A DNA stretch of 64,000 nt. Origin: Phyllosticta citribraziliensis. Its lineage: Eukaryota. Where the stretch lies: NCBI RefSeq assembly GCF_038025025.1, contig NW_027117342.1, forward strand, positions 2,170,001 to 2,234,000. Reading direction: 5' to 3'. The notes under the pieces are model-generated. The model was not told where the DNA came from. It saw nothing but the letters and a program-made list of their open reading frames with translations, and did no database searches. Position numbers and translations under genes: made by a program. Each line of letters opens with the position of its first letter. Position 1 is the first letter of the stretch. This document shows, piece by piece, positions 1 to 11,985 of this stretch.

Positions 1-523
1 CTGCAATTTGCGGCCAGAGACCGTGCATTCCTGCCCGTTCCTAAACGAGAGAAGGCTCACTTCAAACTTCACGTCGACCGCCGCCCGCCTCCATCACCTA
101 CCAACCCATCAGCCTCACCACCCGTCCGCGACACGACGTCCACCACTCTGTCCGCCTCCACATCCGCCCTCGACCGCCTGCTTCGCGTCCTTGCGTGACG
201 TGCATTCGACCTGCTGCAGCCGCGACCCACCTTGGCCGTGACCTGCCATACGCTCGACCGAGCCACGCCCTCTGACTCTCTAGCCTCCTGTGCTTGCTGA
301 CAGCCCATCGTCTGCCCGCGACCGCCTCAAAGCTCTTCGCATCGGCATCCCACCTCGACTGACGCCCCGAGCACCTCGACCCCAGTCGCGTGATTGCATC
401 CTCGCCGCCGGGCGACCTCTCGAGGGGCTCAAGAGCCAAAACGCCACTACCCGACCTGAATTGATCTGAATCACCGCTAAAAGCATCGTTTGTCTGCCGG
501 AGTCGGGGTTCCTAGGGTCACAG

Positions 524-664
524 GCAAGTTTTTTCTCGCTTTCATGTCCGAGCCCACCACGCTGCCTCTCCACTGCCCTCGCCGCCCTTCTCCTCTCCCC
601 ACGCCCACACGCTATCCCTCATCAGTCGCACAACCACCACCCGCACGCTCGCTGACAAACGCAG
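524..664 (+). other. Putative GC-AG intron in the PP1 5' UTR
   Basis: CAG|GCAAGT donor at 524, GCTGAC branch site at 651-656, CAG acceptor ending at 664; length 141 nt. Confidence 0.6.
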
Positions 665-804
665 ACCAGGGCTTCGCAACACCTTCCACCTCCCCCGAGA
701 AAGGCGCGTCGTCAGCCTCAGCCGGGCGCCAGCTCTGCATTCTCCCTCTCCTCCTCCCTCCTTACCTTTCTCGACTACGCGGCTGCCAACGGCAACGCCC
801 GACC

Positions 805-1975
<1,171 letters not shown>

Positions 1976-3515
1976 AGAACAAGATGGTCTGTGAACGATT
2001 TACCGATGTTTTCCTTGCAGCAGGTTCGGCCGGAGATAGAGCGTCCTCCTTTCCGTCATGATCCACCACGCGACCCCGTCCGACGACCGAAGAAACCACG
2101 GCCTGTATCCATTATGAGCTTGCTTGTATCGCGAAGCACCTCCACCTCCTCCGACACCTGGCGAACAAAATCGACCCGAGAAATGTCACTTCAGCGGTTT
2201 TCCCTCCTTCTCTTTCCCCTTTCCTGCAGCAGTTAATTGAATCGGCTTTCCACCGAAATCGAGACCAACGAGTTCCACCAAAGAACTATCGATTTGCACA
2301 GCACTAGACGGACGACAAACGCGCATGGGCGTCTTCCTCTTCTCACTCCACCTCCTTCGTCTTGGCTCCGCCGGCGTATACGAGACGAAAGATCGATACA
2401 CGACGACGACGACGCGCACACACACACAGAGTTGCAGGGAGAAGGGAAACGTCTACAAAAAAAAACTTTGAAAGCGGAAAGAGTGAGAGAGAGAAAGAGT
2501 TGAGCTTGGCTGGCCGCTGATGTGCGGGGTGTGGGCGCGGGCAAACTCGAGTTCTTTTTTCTTCCTTTTCTTCGTTGTTGTTGTTGGGATTGATAGCACA
2601 GCTGGGACAAATTCAAAGCGCGAGTCAATCAAAGCCGGGTAAACCTACAACCTTTTACTACTTTCTTCTTTGTTACCACCACTACCAACACTACCACAAA
2701 CGATGGGTAAACTGAATTCTTGGGTGATGGGGATGGGGAGGGAGTGGGCGAGGGGAAGGGAAGGAGGGGAAAGAAGCGGAGTTCACGTTGAATGCTGCTG
2801 CTGCTTGCCTACCTGCCTGCCTGTCTGCCTCTCTCTGCCTGCTGATTGAAATGATGGGGGCTCTTCTCTCTCTTCGTTTACTGCCGATGACACGCACACA
2901 CATTATACGGGTTTCCTCCTCCTTCCTGCTTGCTCCCTTTCTAGATTCCCCCCGTCGTCCCCTTCTCCTCTTCCCCGCCATAGGATTTGTCCCTGGTTCC
3001 CGCTTGTCTCTGGCTACTGGCCCGTCACTAGTGAGCGAGTAAGAGATAGAGTAGGTGTGTATGAGTGAGTGAGCGGGTTGATTGATTCCACGAAGCCGCA
3101 CCGATACCGTGTGCTCTTGACCAGATGCCAGCAGACAGCCTGCCCGAGCAAGCCCACCCCATCCTGTCCTATCCCGTCCTATCCCATCCTACTCTCTGAA
3201 AGAAAGAAACCGATTCCAAATGCCAAAACCAAAACCAATCCAAATACCAAGCCGTGGCCATTGATTGTTCCAGAAAAAACCCCCGCCTCTCACACCGTTG
3301 CCCACCGGCCAGCCATTCGAAGAGAACCAAGATCAAAACTCCGCTGTCTTAACCGTACAAGAACGCCCGCTGCCACCGGGGATGTACGCATGTCGTATTT
3401 CGAATGCCTGCCCCCCCCTTTCTTTTCCATGTCCTCCATGCTGTCTTGCGCACTCGTTCGTCACTTGCTTGCTGTACAACCGCCACTCGCACCATCAACG
3501 ACACAGCAAGCGCGC

Positions 3516-5824
3516 TCACTGCTCGCCGCCAGCAGGACGTGGACCCATGCCCATGCGCTCAATGCTGCTCAGCAAATTGCTGCGGCGCGGCGGGCCCGCA
3601 CCACCCGCGAGACCCATTCCGTTCGGACGGCCGCCCGCCGCACCAGGCGTGCGCAGACGGCTTTCGAAATTGCTCGCAGGGCCCGCTCCAGTTGGCCGGG
3701 CCAGCCCACTCGGCCGTGGCGGCGCTGCCATGGCACCCGCCGGCGTCATCGACTGCGGCGGCGGCACGCGAGGACTCGGCATGACCGACGACGACGCGCC
3801 ACTGACGCTCCTTCTGAACTCTTCGGCCGCGCTGCGCTGCATCTGCGGCGTTGCCGCTTCGTCCGTCTGCAGCGCGAGCATCTCGTCGACGGCCGCCACG
3901 AGGTCGCCCTTCTCCTGGCGCTCCATCTGCAGTTCAGAGAGCAGCTGCGAGCGCTCTGCGCGCAGAGCCTCGAGTTCGCCGGCCAGCGCGGCAAGGCGCG
4001 TCTTTTGGGCCGAGAGTTCGGCTTTTTGCTCATTAAGACGTGCGAGGTCGACAGCGGAAGACGCGAGAGTGGGTGGAACGGGGGTCCCGGACGAAGACGA
4101 CGAGGACGAGGGGCGGGCGTTGGTCGACGATTCGAGAGTCGCGATTTTGGAGCTCAAGTCCGCGACCTGCTTGCTGAGTTCGGCATGCTTCTTTTCGGCC
4201 TTGGCCTCGTAGGACTTTTTGAGTGCGGCGACCTTGGTCTCGTGTTTCTTTTTGTATACGGCGTGCAGTTCGCGACAAAGCGTTGCAATCTTTTCGTCAA
4301 TCTGCTTTTGGACCTCCTCTGCGGTATACCGTGGGCCTGTGGCGCCTGATTCGGCGGTCGTCATGATGCTTTGATCCACAACCTTGCCCTCAGCCTCTAG
4401 AGCGCGGGTCTCGTGCTCCGAGGCGCGTGCTTCGGCATCATCGGCTCTGCGCTCGCTGTCGTCGAGGCGCTTAAGCAGCTGCTCGCGCTCCTTCTCGTGA
4501 TTGATCACCTCTTCGCGAATGCTCTGGAGCACTTCCTCCACCTCGATTCCGCGCTTCTCCCAGCCATCCTTTTCCCGCTCAGCGTGCTCGCGTGCGTTGC
4601 GCTCTTCGCGCACTCTCTCTTGCGCTTCGCCCACGCGACGCTCAGCGTCTGCGACTGCGCGCTTCAGGCTTTCAACTTCCGCAGCCCGTCCCGACAATGT
4701 CGCCGTAAGCGACGAGATTTGCGACTGGTATTGTGACTTCATCGACTCCAATTCGCGGACAGTAATTGTGGGAACAGATTTTGGAGTCGGCATCGGAGGC
4801 AGCTCGAAGTCGAGCAGGTTGAGCAGATTGTTGTTGCGCGATGGAGTCGAGGGTTGAGCGCTGGGCTTTTGCGGCGATCTGCGATTTTGCAGGTACTCGC
4901 GCAGACCGTGGTCTCCTTTGGATGGTGATTGGCGACGCACGGGGGATCGGTTGACACTGCCTGAGAGAGAATCCATTTGTTGGGTAAAGTCGATCAAGAG
5001 GTTGGTAGTATCTGCTTCTCTGTCAATCAAAGAAGGCGACTTGTGGCGGCGGGGAGTCGGAGAGGGAGATCTGTCGTATCCATGGTATTCGCGCTTACGG
5101 GCAGTCCCTGGAGTGGTCATTCTGCGAGGCGTGCGTGTCTGTTCAAGTCAGCAATTTGGTCAAGGGCCAAGCTTCAATACAGCCGGTCCTCGCTTACACT
5201 CTGTTTCCCAGGCGTACGCTGGCCGAGCTTTGCGAACATTGTCATGTCTGCGTTCGGGACCTCTGAGAAAGTGCTGAAGCACGTATCATCCACATCTTGT
5301 TCCTCTTCCTCCTTCTCTGGCGCAGCTGGAGCGGGCTGGTAGAATGACATGTCCCCCAATGTGTTCAATTTTTCTGCCTCCATAGTATCGATAGCAACCG
5401 TCAAACCCTCGTTGTCGCGAAGAGTAGGTTCCGAGGGCGCGGTTGGGGTCGTGCACGCCTCGCTGCCCAGAGACGCTTTTCTTGGTGTGCATACGCTGTT
5501 GACGCGCGATCTCGAGGTTTTCAATGGTGAGAGAGTGATTTTGGGCGAGGGCTGTGCAGCCGGCTCGTCGAGGGTTGTCTTTTCTACCAATTTCTCTGGA
5601 AAAGTCTTCCTCGCCTCGGGCGGTACGTTTTCCTGGTCGACGAGAGAGATGAACGGGGAGCTCGGCGCATCCGTGTAGCAGCTTGCCTCGGCGTTGCCTT
5701 CCATGTTTACGAGCGGTGACTTTGGCGAACAGCGAGAGTCGGCGCTCAGATTGAGTTTCCGTGCGGTTGAGGGAGTTCGATGGTTAACAGAGCCAGATGG
5801 CACAGGCGACAGTGGATTCGACAT
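3516..5824 (-). CDS. Fungal TACC / Slk19-Alp7-like spindle-kinetochore coiled-coil protein
   Basis: Exons 5824-5198 and 5138-3516; intron 5139-5197 (GTAAGC...GCTGAC...CAG) joins ORFs 5174..6022 and 3516..5120 in frame. The S/TP-rich N-terminus precedes a long coiled coil. The motif RELHAVYKKKHETKVAALKKSYE resembles the Fungal_TACC (Slk19-type) domain as I recall it. Confidence 0.75.
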
Positions 5825-5914
5825 GATGCGACCTTGTGGAACCAACTCGTCAAGTCGCGCTTGCAGAGAGGAGCCTGGTTTGTTGTTGTGTCTACGGCAA
5901 CCGTCGCCGCGAGC

Positions 5915-6013
5915 GTAAACAACGGACTTAACTTTTTCCGCCGAGACTACGTTAGACCAAAAAGAGCAAAATGATATCACCGAGATCCTCGCCCAGGCAA
6001 CGAGCTTGTTTAC
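5915..6013. promoter_or_regulatory. Two forkhead-type sites (GTAAACAA) in opposite orientations upstream of the TACC-like gene
   Basis: GTAAACAA at 5915-5922 and TTGTTTAC at 6006-6013, about 90-190 bp upstream of the ATG at 5824. Confidence 0.45.
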
Positions 6014-6167
6014 TTGGATCACGCCGTTCTCAAACTACGAGTGGATATGTATTTCATTCAGGGTGTCTAATTCAATCTGTTATACTGCCGCAATCTCATC
6101 CATCCACCTGGACTGTTGCTCTTGCCTCTCCCAAATGAGCTAGGAATGCGCCTAACGCAAACAGCAC

Positions 6168-7711
6168 TCAGACTCTATCTTCCGGGTCGAGCTCCAACAA
6201 AACGAAGCCTTCAATCATCTTCTCGGTCTCCTCCATATTGTCGTCGTCTCTGTCTCCCTCTGCTGAAGCAACATGGCTTTCTCCTGCGACATCGCTCGGT
6301 TGATGGTTGAGAGGCTGTCCTTGGTCTGGTCTTGCATTAGAACCATTCTCTGAAGCGTTGGATCCTGCCCTGATTGAGTCGTCTTTCTGAGTCTTGGAGG
6401 CTGCGTGGTGGTCGTCATCATCCTGATCGTCGTCGCTGTGCGAAAGCATGGCTGGAGCACTCTGCGCTGGCATAGGCTGTTCCATATCGGACATCGCTGC
6501 TCCCAATCCAGGGAGCGTGGTGGCGCCATAAAGGGTCGTTTCCTGTGACGGGGCCCTTAAATTGCGAAGGTTCTGATAGAGAAGCTCATACTTCCAAGCC
6601 GGATAGAGTTTCCAGCGTGAGTCGTCGCAGAAAATATCGTTGAGTCTTGGGTTGCTTACTTGCCAGTTGTCCCAAGCTTGGTAAACATCCTTGTTCGAGT
6701 CCCAGGCTCGACAGACGCTCGGATGTGGTGGTGGCAACTTTCTGAACCTGGGGAGGGTCGGAGGTGGTATATGGGGACGGAATTCTGACATGCTGGATCC
6801 AGGAAGTACCGGAGTGCTGACTGGACCAACGGGCGGATCCTGCTCACCAGCGTTCTCGCTCATTTTGACTGCGGTGGCAGTGTGTGTTGTCGTTTGCGTT
6901 GCTGGTGGTTGAGAGGGTTGAGCAGCGGGAGTGTCGCGGTCGGTGTCTGCGTGTACATGGAACTTTTGACACGCAAAGAGGCACTGCGGTGTCGTCTTAT
7001 AAATCCACGACGGTGACTCTGCCGGAGTACCCAAGTTAAAGATGGGAAACTTGTGTTGGGGGTCGAAACTGAAATTCTGGCAAAGCTCATCAGGAGATGC
7101 AAAGTTTCCCTGAGAGCCATCTTTTCGTAGTCCAAACGTGAATCCACGTCGCTGTCCCACGGTTTCTCCTCTCGCTTTCGCATCGTAGTCCCAATCCAAC
7201 ATCGATGAGGCGCTTGAAGTGGCTAGCGAGATTTGTTTCGGTTCCACTACCACTTTGTTGAGACTTTGTTCCGTGGCTTCATGCGAGCAGCGGCATGATC
7301 CATCTTGGCCTTCATGGCTCCCTTCCTGGACGACAGGCCCTGTTTTGCGGTGAGTTTCTTGACTTTGGATTTGATCTTTGCCCTCTTCACACCGCGCGTC
7401 TTCACGTCCACCTTTGCTGTTGGGACACGAATTGCAGGACTCATTGGGGTCAATCCGATCTAGGAGACTGAATTTGTTTTCTCAGAGGCATATCAGCAAC
7501 CGTAAGCGATTAAAGACTGTCCCAAGCTACCTCTGTGGTGTTTTGGTATTGCAAGGTCTGGGGAGAATTGGAAAGGCTCCGCTGACAGATCGAGGAGGAG
7601 CTGATTTTGAGAGCTTGCCTCTTCACCGCTTGGGTTGTTGGGGAAAGACGCGAGGGACTTGTTGATGACTCTGTATCTTCTTCTGTTCTTCTTGTCGGAC
7701 AAACGTGGCAT
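6168..7711 (-). CDS. Hypothetical, largely disordered protein (orphan-like)
   Basis: ORF 6168..7253 is open upstream to about 7480. Exon 7711-7531 joins it in frame through an intron with a GTAGCT donor at 7530, a GCTGAT branch site and a TAG acceptor at 7460. An alternative start at 6863 (GTCAAAATG) lies below a TATAA at about 7000. No recognised domain. Confidence 0.45.
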
Positions 7712-8430
7712 GCTTTGGAATGGATGGAAAGATGACGCAGTTATGTACGAGTAGACATAGGGACAAGGTGGCGTAGGATTAGAGGCAGAAGAGAGTAAGA
7801 GACGGATTCAGAGTGCGAGGTTCAGTGTAGGTATGTGAAGACTGAGGCATAAGACTGAGATGGCATCAAGGGAAAGCTCGAAGTACCGCATTGCGGGCAA
7901 GTGCAATCAATGGTGATGGGCGAGTCGGTTGTGCGTGTCCCATGGATGCGGTTGCTCAACATGACCAAATTGACGGTGACGTATCCAAACCAACAAGGCT
8001 GCGGAGCATCCATGGTACATGATGACGGTGAACGCCCGAGAAGGGAGACGAGCGGCCAGGAAGAGTATTTTGAGTGGCGAAGCGTTTTGAAGATGCCTGG
8101 TGCGGTCAACTGTGGTGATGGCGGTCGAGGTGATGTCCATATTGTAGTTGACGTCTGGTCCAAGTTGAAGCGGCCAAGGCGCGAGGGTGACGGGGCGGAG
8201 CTCCAGGTCCCCACACCAGGAACTTGCCCGTTCTCTCTCCGACATTTCTCACGCTCCAACGCTCCACCACCTCGCCCTCGCCCAAGTCCACCGCCGCCTC
8301 GCCCCCCTTCGCTCCCAAGGCGCTCCAGGATAATTGCTCCGCGCTCCAGTCACCCAATTACTCCTGGAGACGCTGCCTGCATCGCTCGCACCTTTCCGCC
8401 TCCCCGTCCCGTTTGCTATCGTCTTTCGCA

Positions 8431-10770
8431 ATGGCGCCTCCAGTTGCAGACCCAGCTCGTTCGACGCGCGCAAAGTCCAACACGCCTGCACCTGTTTCTC
8501 GCATTATACCCGCTATCCCTCTGCCTTTGGCTCGCTCTTCCAAGCAGAAGAAACCGCTCCCTCCGAACCAGCCAAAGCCTGACAATCTCGTCGCCGAAGA
8601 TCCTGCCGCACATCGCAAGAGCACAACCGACCATGGTGAGGAACGCGACGAGAACAAGACGCTCACCCACGCCCAACTGACCAACGAGTTGCCGCCTTCC
8701 TCTGATGAAGGAAATGGTGGAAGTGAGGGGAGCTCTTCTTCTCAGTCGGTTCCCGCCCAGTCGCATTACAACTTCGACCTTGGTCATGCCACAGGTTTGT
8801 CATTTGCCGCCATAACAAACTTCCATGCTAATAGGCTGCCAGAGAGTGATCTTCCATCAGAGGGCCGTCATCTGAGCTCGAATGAGCCCCGCGAGCATCA
8901 TCCATCCGCTGTCCCCGACGAGCTTCCCAAACCCAACGCCAATCGACCCCAGCGCCCGACATTTGAGCTCCCACCTCCATTCTACCCCTCTACGGACCGT
9001 TCAACACCGACTTCTGCGAGCTCTGCGACTTTTACTCGCCCACAGCCTCCTGTCAGCCACCCAGCATTGCACCATCCTAGACCTGGAAACAACGGCATCG
9101 TCTTTGGTGGTCACCCTGACTCTTCCAGCGCGTCTCCAGTTCCCACTGTGACGAACGGTACCATGGCATACCCCCCGCCTCCTCCGGGCTTCATGGCCTC
9201 GCAGTTCGCGCCGCCCATGGCATTTCCCGGACATGCCCATAACTTTTCTGAGCCAAACGCTCAGAACGCATACCCATCGATCAATGCTGCGCCTCAGGGC
9301 ACCTTCGGACCTGGAAGAGGCCAGCAAATGCCCGCTCCCTTCAGGCCTGGACAACCATGGCACAGTGTCAACGGCCAGGGCCGACTGGGAACTATGGAGC
9401 CGTTCTCTCCGCAACTCGTCCAAACGCACACCAACGGCGCTCAGCCATTTTCAAGAACCGCATCTCAGGCTTCTTCGCCGAGGGTGCTGGCGACGGATGA
9501 CATGGCAGACGGAAATGCGATCGACGACCTTGGTCGCAAACGCTTCCTTCCAATGACGAATGGCGTGAACCCGCGTAAGTTAACCGCGCCTCCATTCCAG
9601 CCATTGCCCCACACACACGAGGCAGATTTCCACTTGAGAGACTATCTTCGTGCTCGATTCGGTAGCCGAGACTTTGCCGATCATGTCCTCAAGCTGCGTC
9701 AAGGCGAAGGCGGCAACCTTATCCTCGTCTTTCCAGTCCACGGCCTGCTGCTAGGCCGCAATCGCAGGCTAGCGTCCTTGATGGCATCGTCGGATCTTAC
9801 GCGGCATGAAAATGGCCTTCGTGTTCTTGACATATTTGTCGAAGACCGTTTCTTTGATGGTCCGATATTCGCGGAAGCCCTCCGATACCTGTACAGCGAG
9901 GACCTGTTGCTTCTACGGAATTTTCTCCAGGGAATGCCGCCGTATACGGGCCCTACAGACATCCAGGAATTCGGTTCTCCACCTCAGCGAATGAAGCATG
10001 CACTCGCATACGTGGCTGCCGGCCATTTCCTTCAGGTCCCCAACATCGTCGCCCGCGGCTTTGAAATAGCCACAGCTCTTCTCCGCTGGGACACCCTTGA
10101 AGTTGCAATCCCATTCGCACTCGATGGCGGGCTGGATGCGACCTGGCGGGTGGAGGACAGTCAAGAAGACCGAGCGAGCCCATCGTCCAGCGACGATGCT
10201 TTTTCAAGGTTTGAGACTGATTCTGCTCCTACCTACGGCTCGTTCAGCACGCAATTTTTGCATGCGATCAATGGTTTCATCGTTCAAAACTTCCCCACGG
10301 ATTTTGAGCTCGACACTACAGCTTCTCACATCCACGATCTCCCACGCCTGCCTTGGGACGACGTTCGACCCGCTAGCCGGGATCCTCGACTTTCACAAAT
10401 CCAGTTTGGCCAGGTACCTGTTGATACAACAGCAGGACCTGCTCGCCACATCACGACTTTGCTGTCAGGGATTCTCTTGTCTCTCCCATTCCCCGTACTC
10501 AGAGCCCTGGTCCAAGACTTTGCACTCTGCAGTCGCCTCGGTCAGCCTAGACTCGGCCACGCCATGCAAGCTGTTGTGGACGAACGGGAATCCAGACGCA
10601 GGAAGGCGCTGAGCCAGCTAGGAGGCGAGAGGAGCGATGCGGCAAAACAAAATCTGCTTTGGTCGGAACGCCTAGAGCCTTCTCCGCAACACCCTTCAGG
10701 CCTTCGTCTTGTTCGCTCGCGCCAGGGCATCGACACTCCAGCTTCTACCATGTCAAACCGGAGTTCGTAG
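8431..10770 (+). CDS. Conserved fungal protein with a Pro/Ser-rich N-half and a BTB/POZ-like C-terminal region
   Basis: Long ORF, first ATG at 8431 (MAPPVADP), with a probable in-frame 48-nt intron at 8795-8842. The segment FGSRDFADHVLKL...FPVHGLLLGR...FAEALRYLYS...AAGHFLQVP follows a BTB-like pattern. Confidence 0.7.
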   Translation: MAPPVADPARSTRAKSNTPAPVSRIIPAIPLPLARSSKQKKPLPPNQPKPDNLVAEDPAAHRKSTTDHGEERDENKTLTHAQLTNELPPSSDEGNGGSEGSSSSQSVPAQSHYNFDLGHATGLSFAAITNFHANRLPESDLPSEGRHLSSNEPREHHPSAVPDELPKPNANRPQRPTFELPPPFYPSTDRSTPTSASSATFTRPQPPVSHPALHHPRPGNNGIVFGGHPDSSSASPVPTVTNGTMAYPPPPPGFMASQFAPPMAFPGHAHNFSEPNAQNAYPSINAAPQGTFGPGRGQQMPAPFRPGQPWHSVNGQGRLGTMEPFSPQLVQTHTNGAQPFSRTASQASSPRVLATDDMADGNAIDDLGRKRFLPMTNGVNPRKLTAPPFQPLPHTHEADFHLRDYLRARFGSRDFADHVLKLRQGEGGNLILVFPVHGLLLGRNRRLASLMASSDLTRHENGLRVLDIFVEDRFFDGPIFAEALRYLYSEDLLLLRNFLQGMPPYTGPTDIQEFGSPPQRMKHALAYVAAGHFLQVPNIVARGFEIATALLRWDTLEVAIPFALDGGLDATWRVEDSQEDRASPSSSDDAFSRFETDSAPTYGSFSTQFLHAINGFIVQNFPTDFELDTTASHIHDLPRLPWDDVRPASRDPRLSQIQFGQVPVDTTAGPARHITTLLSGILLSLPFPVLRALVQDFALCSRLGQPRLGHAMQAVVDERESRRRKALSQLGGERSDAAKQNLLWSERLEPSPQHPSGLRLVRSRQGIDTPASTMSNRSS

Positions 10771-11645
10771 CCAGTCGAACTGTTCTTCAACAAGAACTTG
10801 AACGATCTCCTGGTTCAATTTCAGTCTCTCCAAAAAAGAAGAAAAAGCATAGCGGCATTTGCATAGCGAGCGAACCGGGCGTACGGGGCAACTTTTCCTT
10901 TTCCTTTTCTTATGTCGCTGTTGGTTTTAAGCCCCAGGTTTAGTGGCTTGGTGAAAGTATCGAATGAGGGACTGTCTTTTCAGCTGAGCTTTTTTCTCCT
11001 CGACGGATGCCAAGGCAGGTCGAAGCTAATCCGTCTCTTTCTCCTTCCTCTTCTTTTCTTCTTTTTCTTTTCTTCTCTTCTTCCTGTTCTCGTTTCTGGG
11101 AGTAATTGGGCATGTCGTTTCTCAGCAAATCGTCGTATGAGAAATGAATACGGACAGGGATCTGGGGATAGCAGCTGGATGATGATGAAGGAGGTGGCTG
11201 GGCATTTTCTTCGTGTATTTCTGAATTGGATCGAACGACCCAGGCTGGCTGAAAGGAGGGAGCGAAGCTAGGCGGAAAAATACCCTGGCTTGCTGGCTGG
11301 CTAGAGTGCCAACAGTGTTTTTCATATGGCAGACACACGATGGGACGGATTGCAACTGATTATTGTGGTTGATACCGGGCAAAGGATTGGCGGTTGGCAG
11401 GGCTAGGCAGGGTAGATTTAAAAGCGCGCGAGTATTTCTTATGACGGCTGTCAAACGGAAAACTGATCATCATTCTCTCTTTTTCCTCTGTACCTCGGTC
11501 CCTTTTCCTCTACTTTGGCTGTCTCCTATTGCGAAATCTCTACTGCGTACTTGGCGTCCACGGCCCAGAAAATTGCTTTCAGTTACTCGTTTGAACAAAA
11601 TGGACAGACGGATGATGTGCAGTTGCTAGAGGAAACAGAAAATTG

Positions 11646-11714
11646 ACGCGTTCGCCTCTTGTACGAAAGATCTCTTGTCCACGTAGGCCGCGATGCAGAG
11701 CACGTCCGACGCGT
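11646..11714. promoter_or_regulatory. Two MCB (ACGCGT) elements upstream of separase
   Basis: ACGCGT at 11646-11651 and 11709-11714, about 270-340 bp upstream of the ATG at 11986. Confidence 0.4.
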
Positions 11715-11985
11715 ACTTGGCTGCTCCAAGACTCATGTTCAATGAACGGGGCTTTGGAGATTCAGAAACTAAATCGCATTTGTCTAAATGAAAAAAGATG
11801 TATATGGGTGCCCTGGTCTAACTAAGACAAAGCGGGAGTAAGGCCGGGAGCGGCCGTTCCCTGGGCAACGCTGGCGAAGCTTGGCAAACAGGCATCATCC
11901 GCATCCGCCATGACGCGCTCGGGAGCAAGACACTGATGTGCAAACCCCAAGACGTGCTCTTCAGCACATTCAACACCTCGCCGAT

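Noticed and set aside
3069..4349. Long plus-strand ORFs (426 aa and 315 aa)
   Set aside because: They are antisense shadows of the GC-rich coiled-coil TACC-like gene, with Arg/Ala-rich non-protein-like composition.
7901..8680. 259-aa plus-strand ORF upstream of and overlapping the BTB-like gene
   Set aside because: GTG start, low-complexity translation, and out-of-frame overlap with a better-supported gene.
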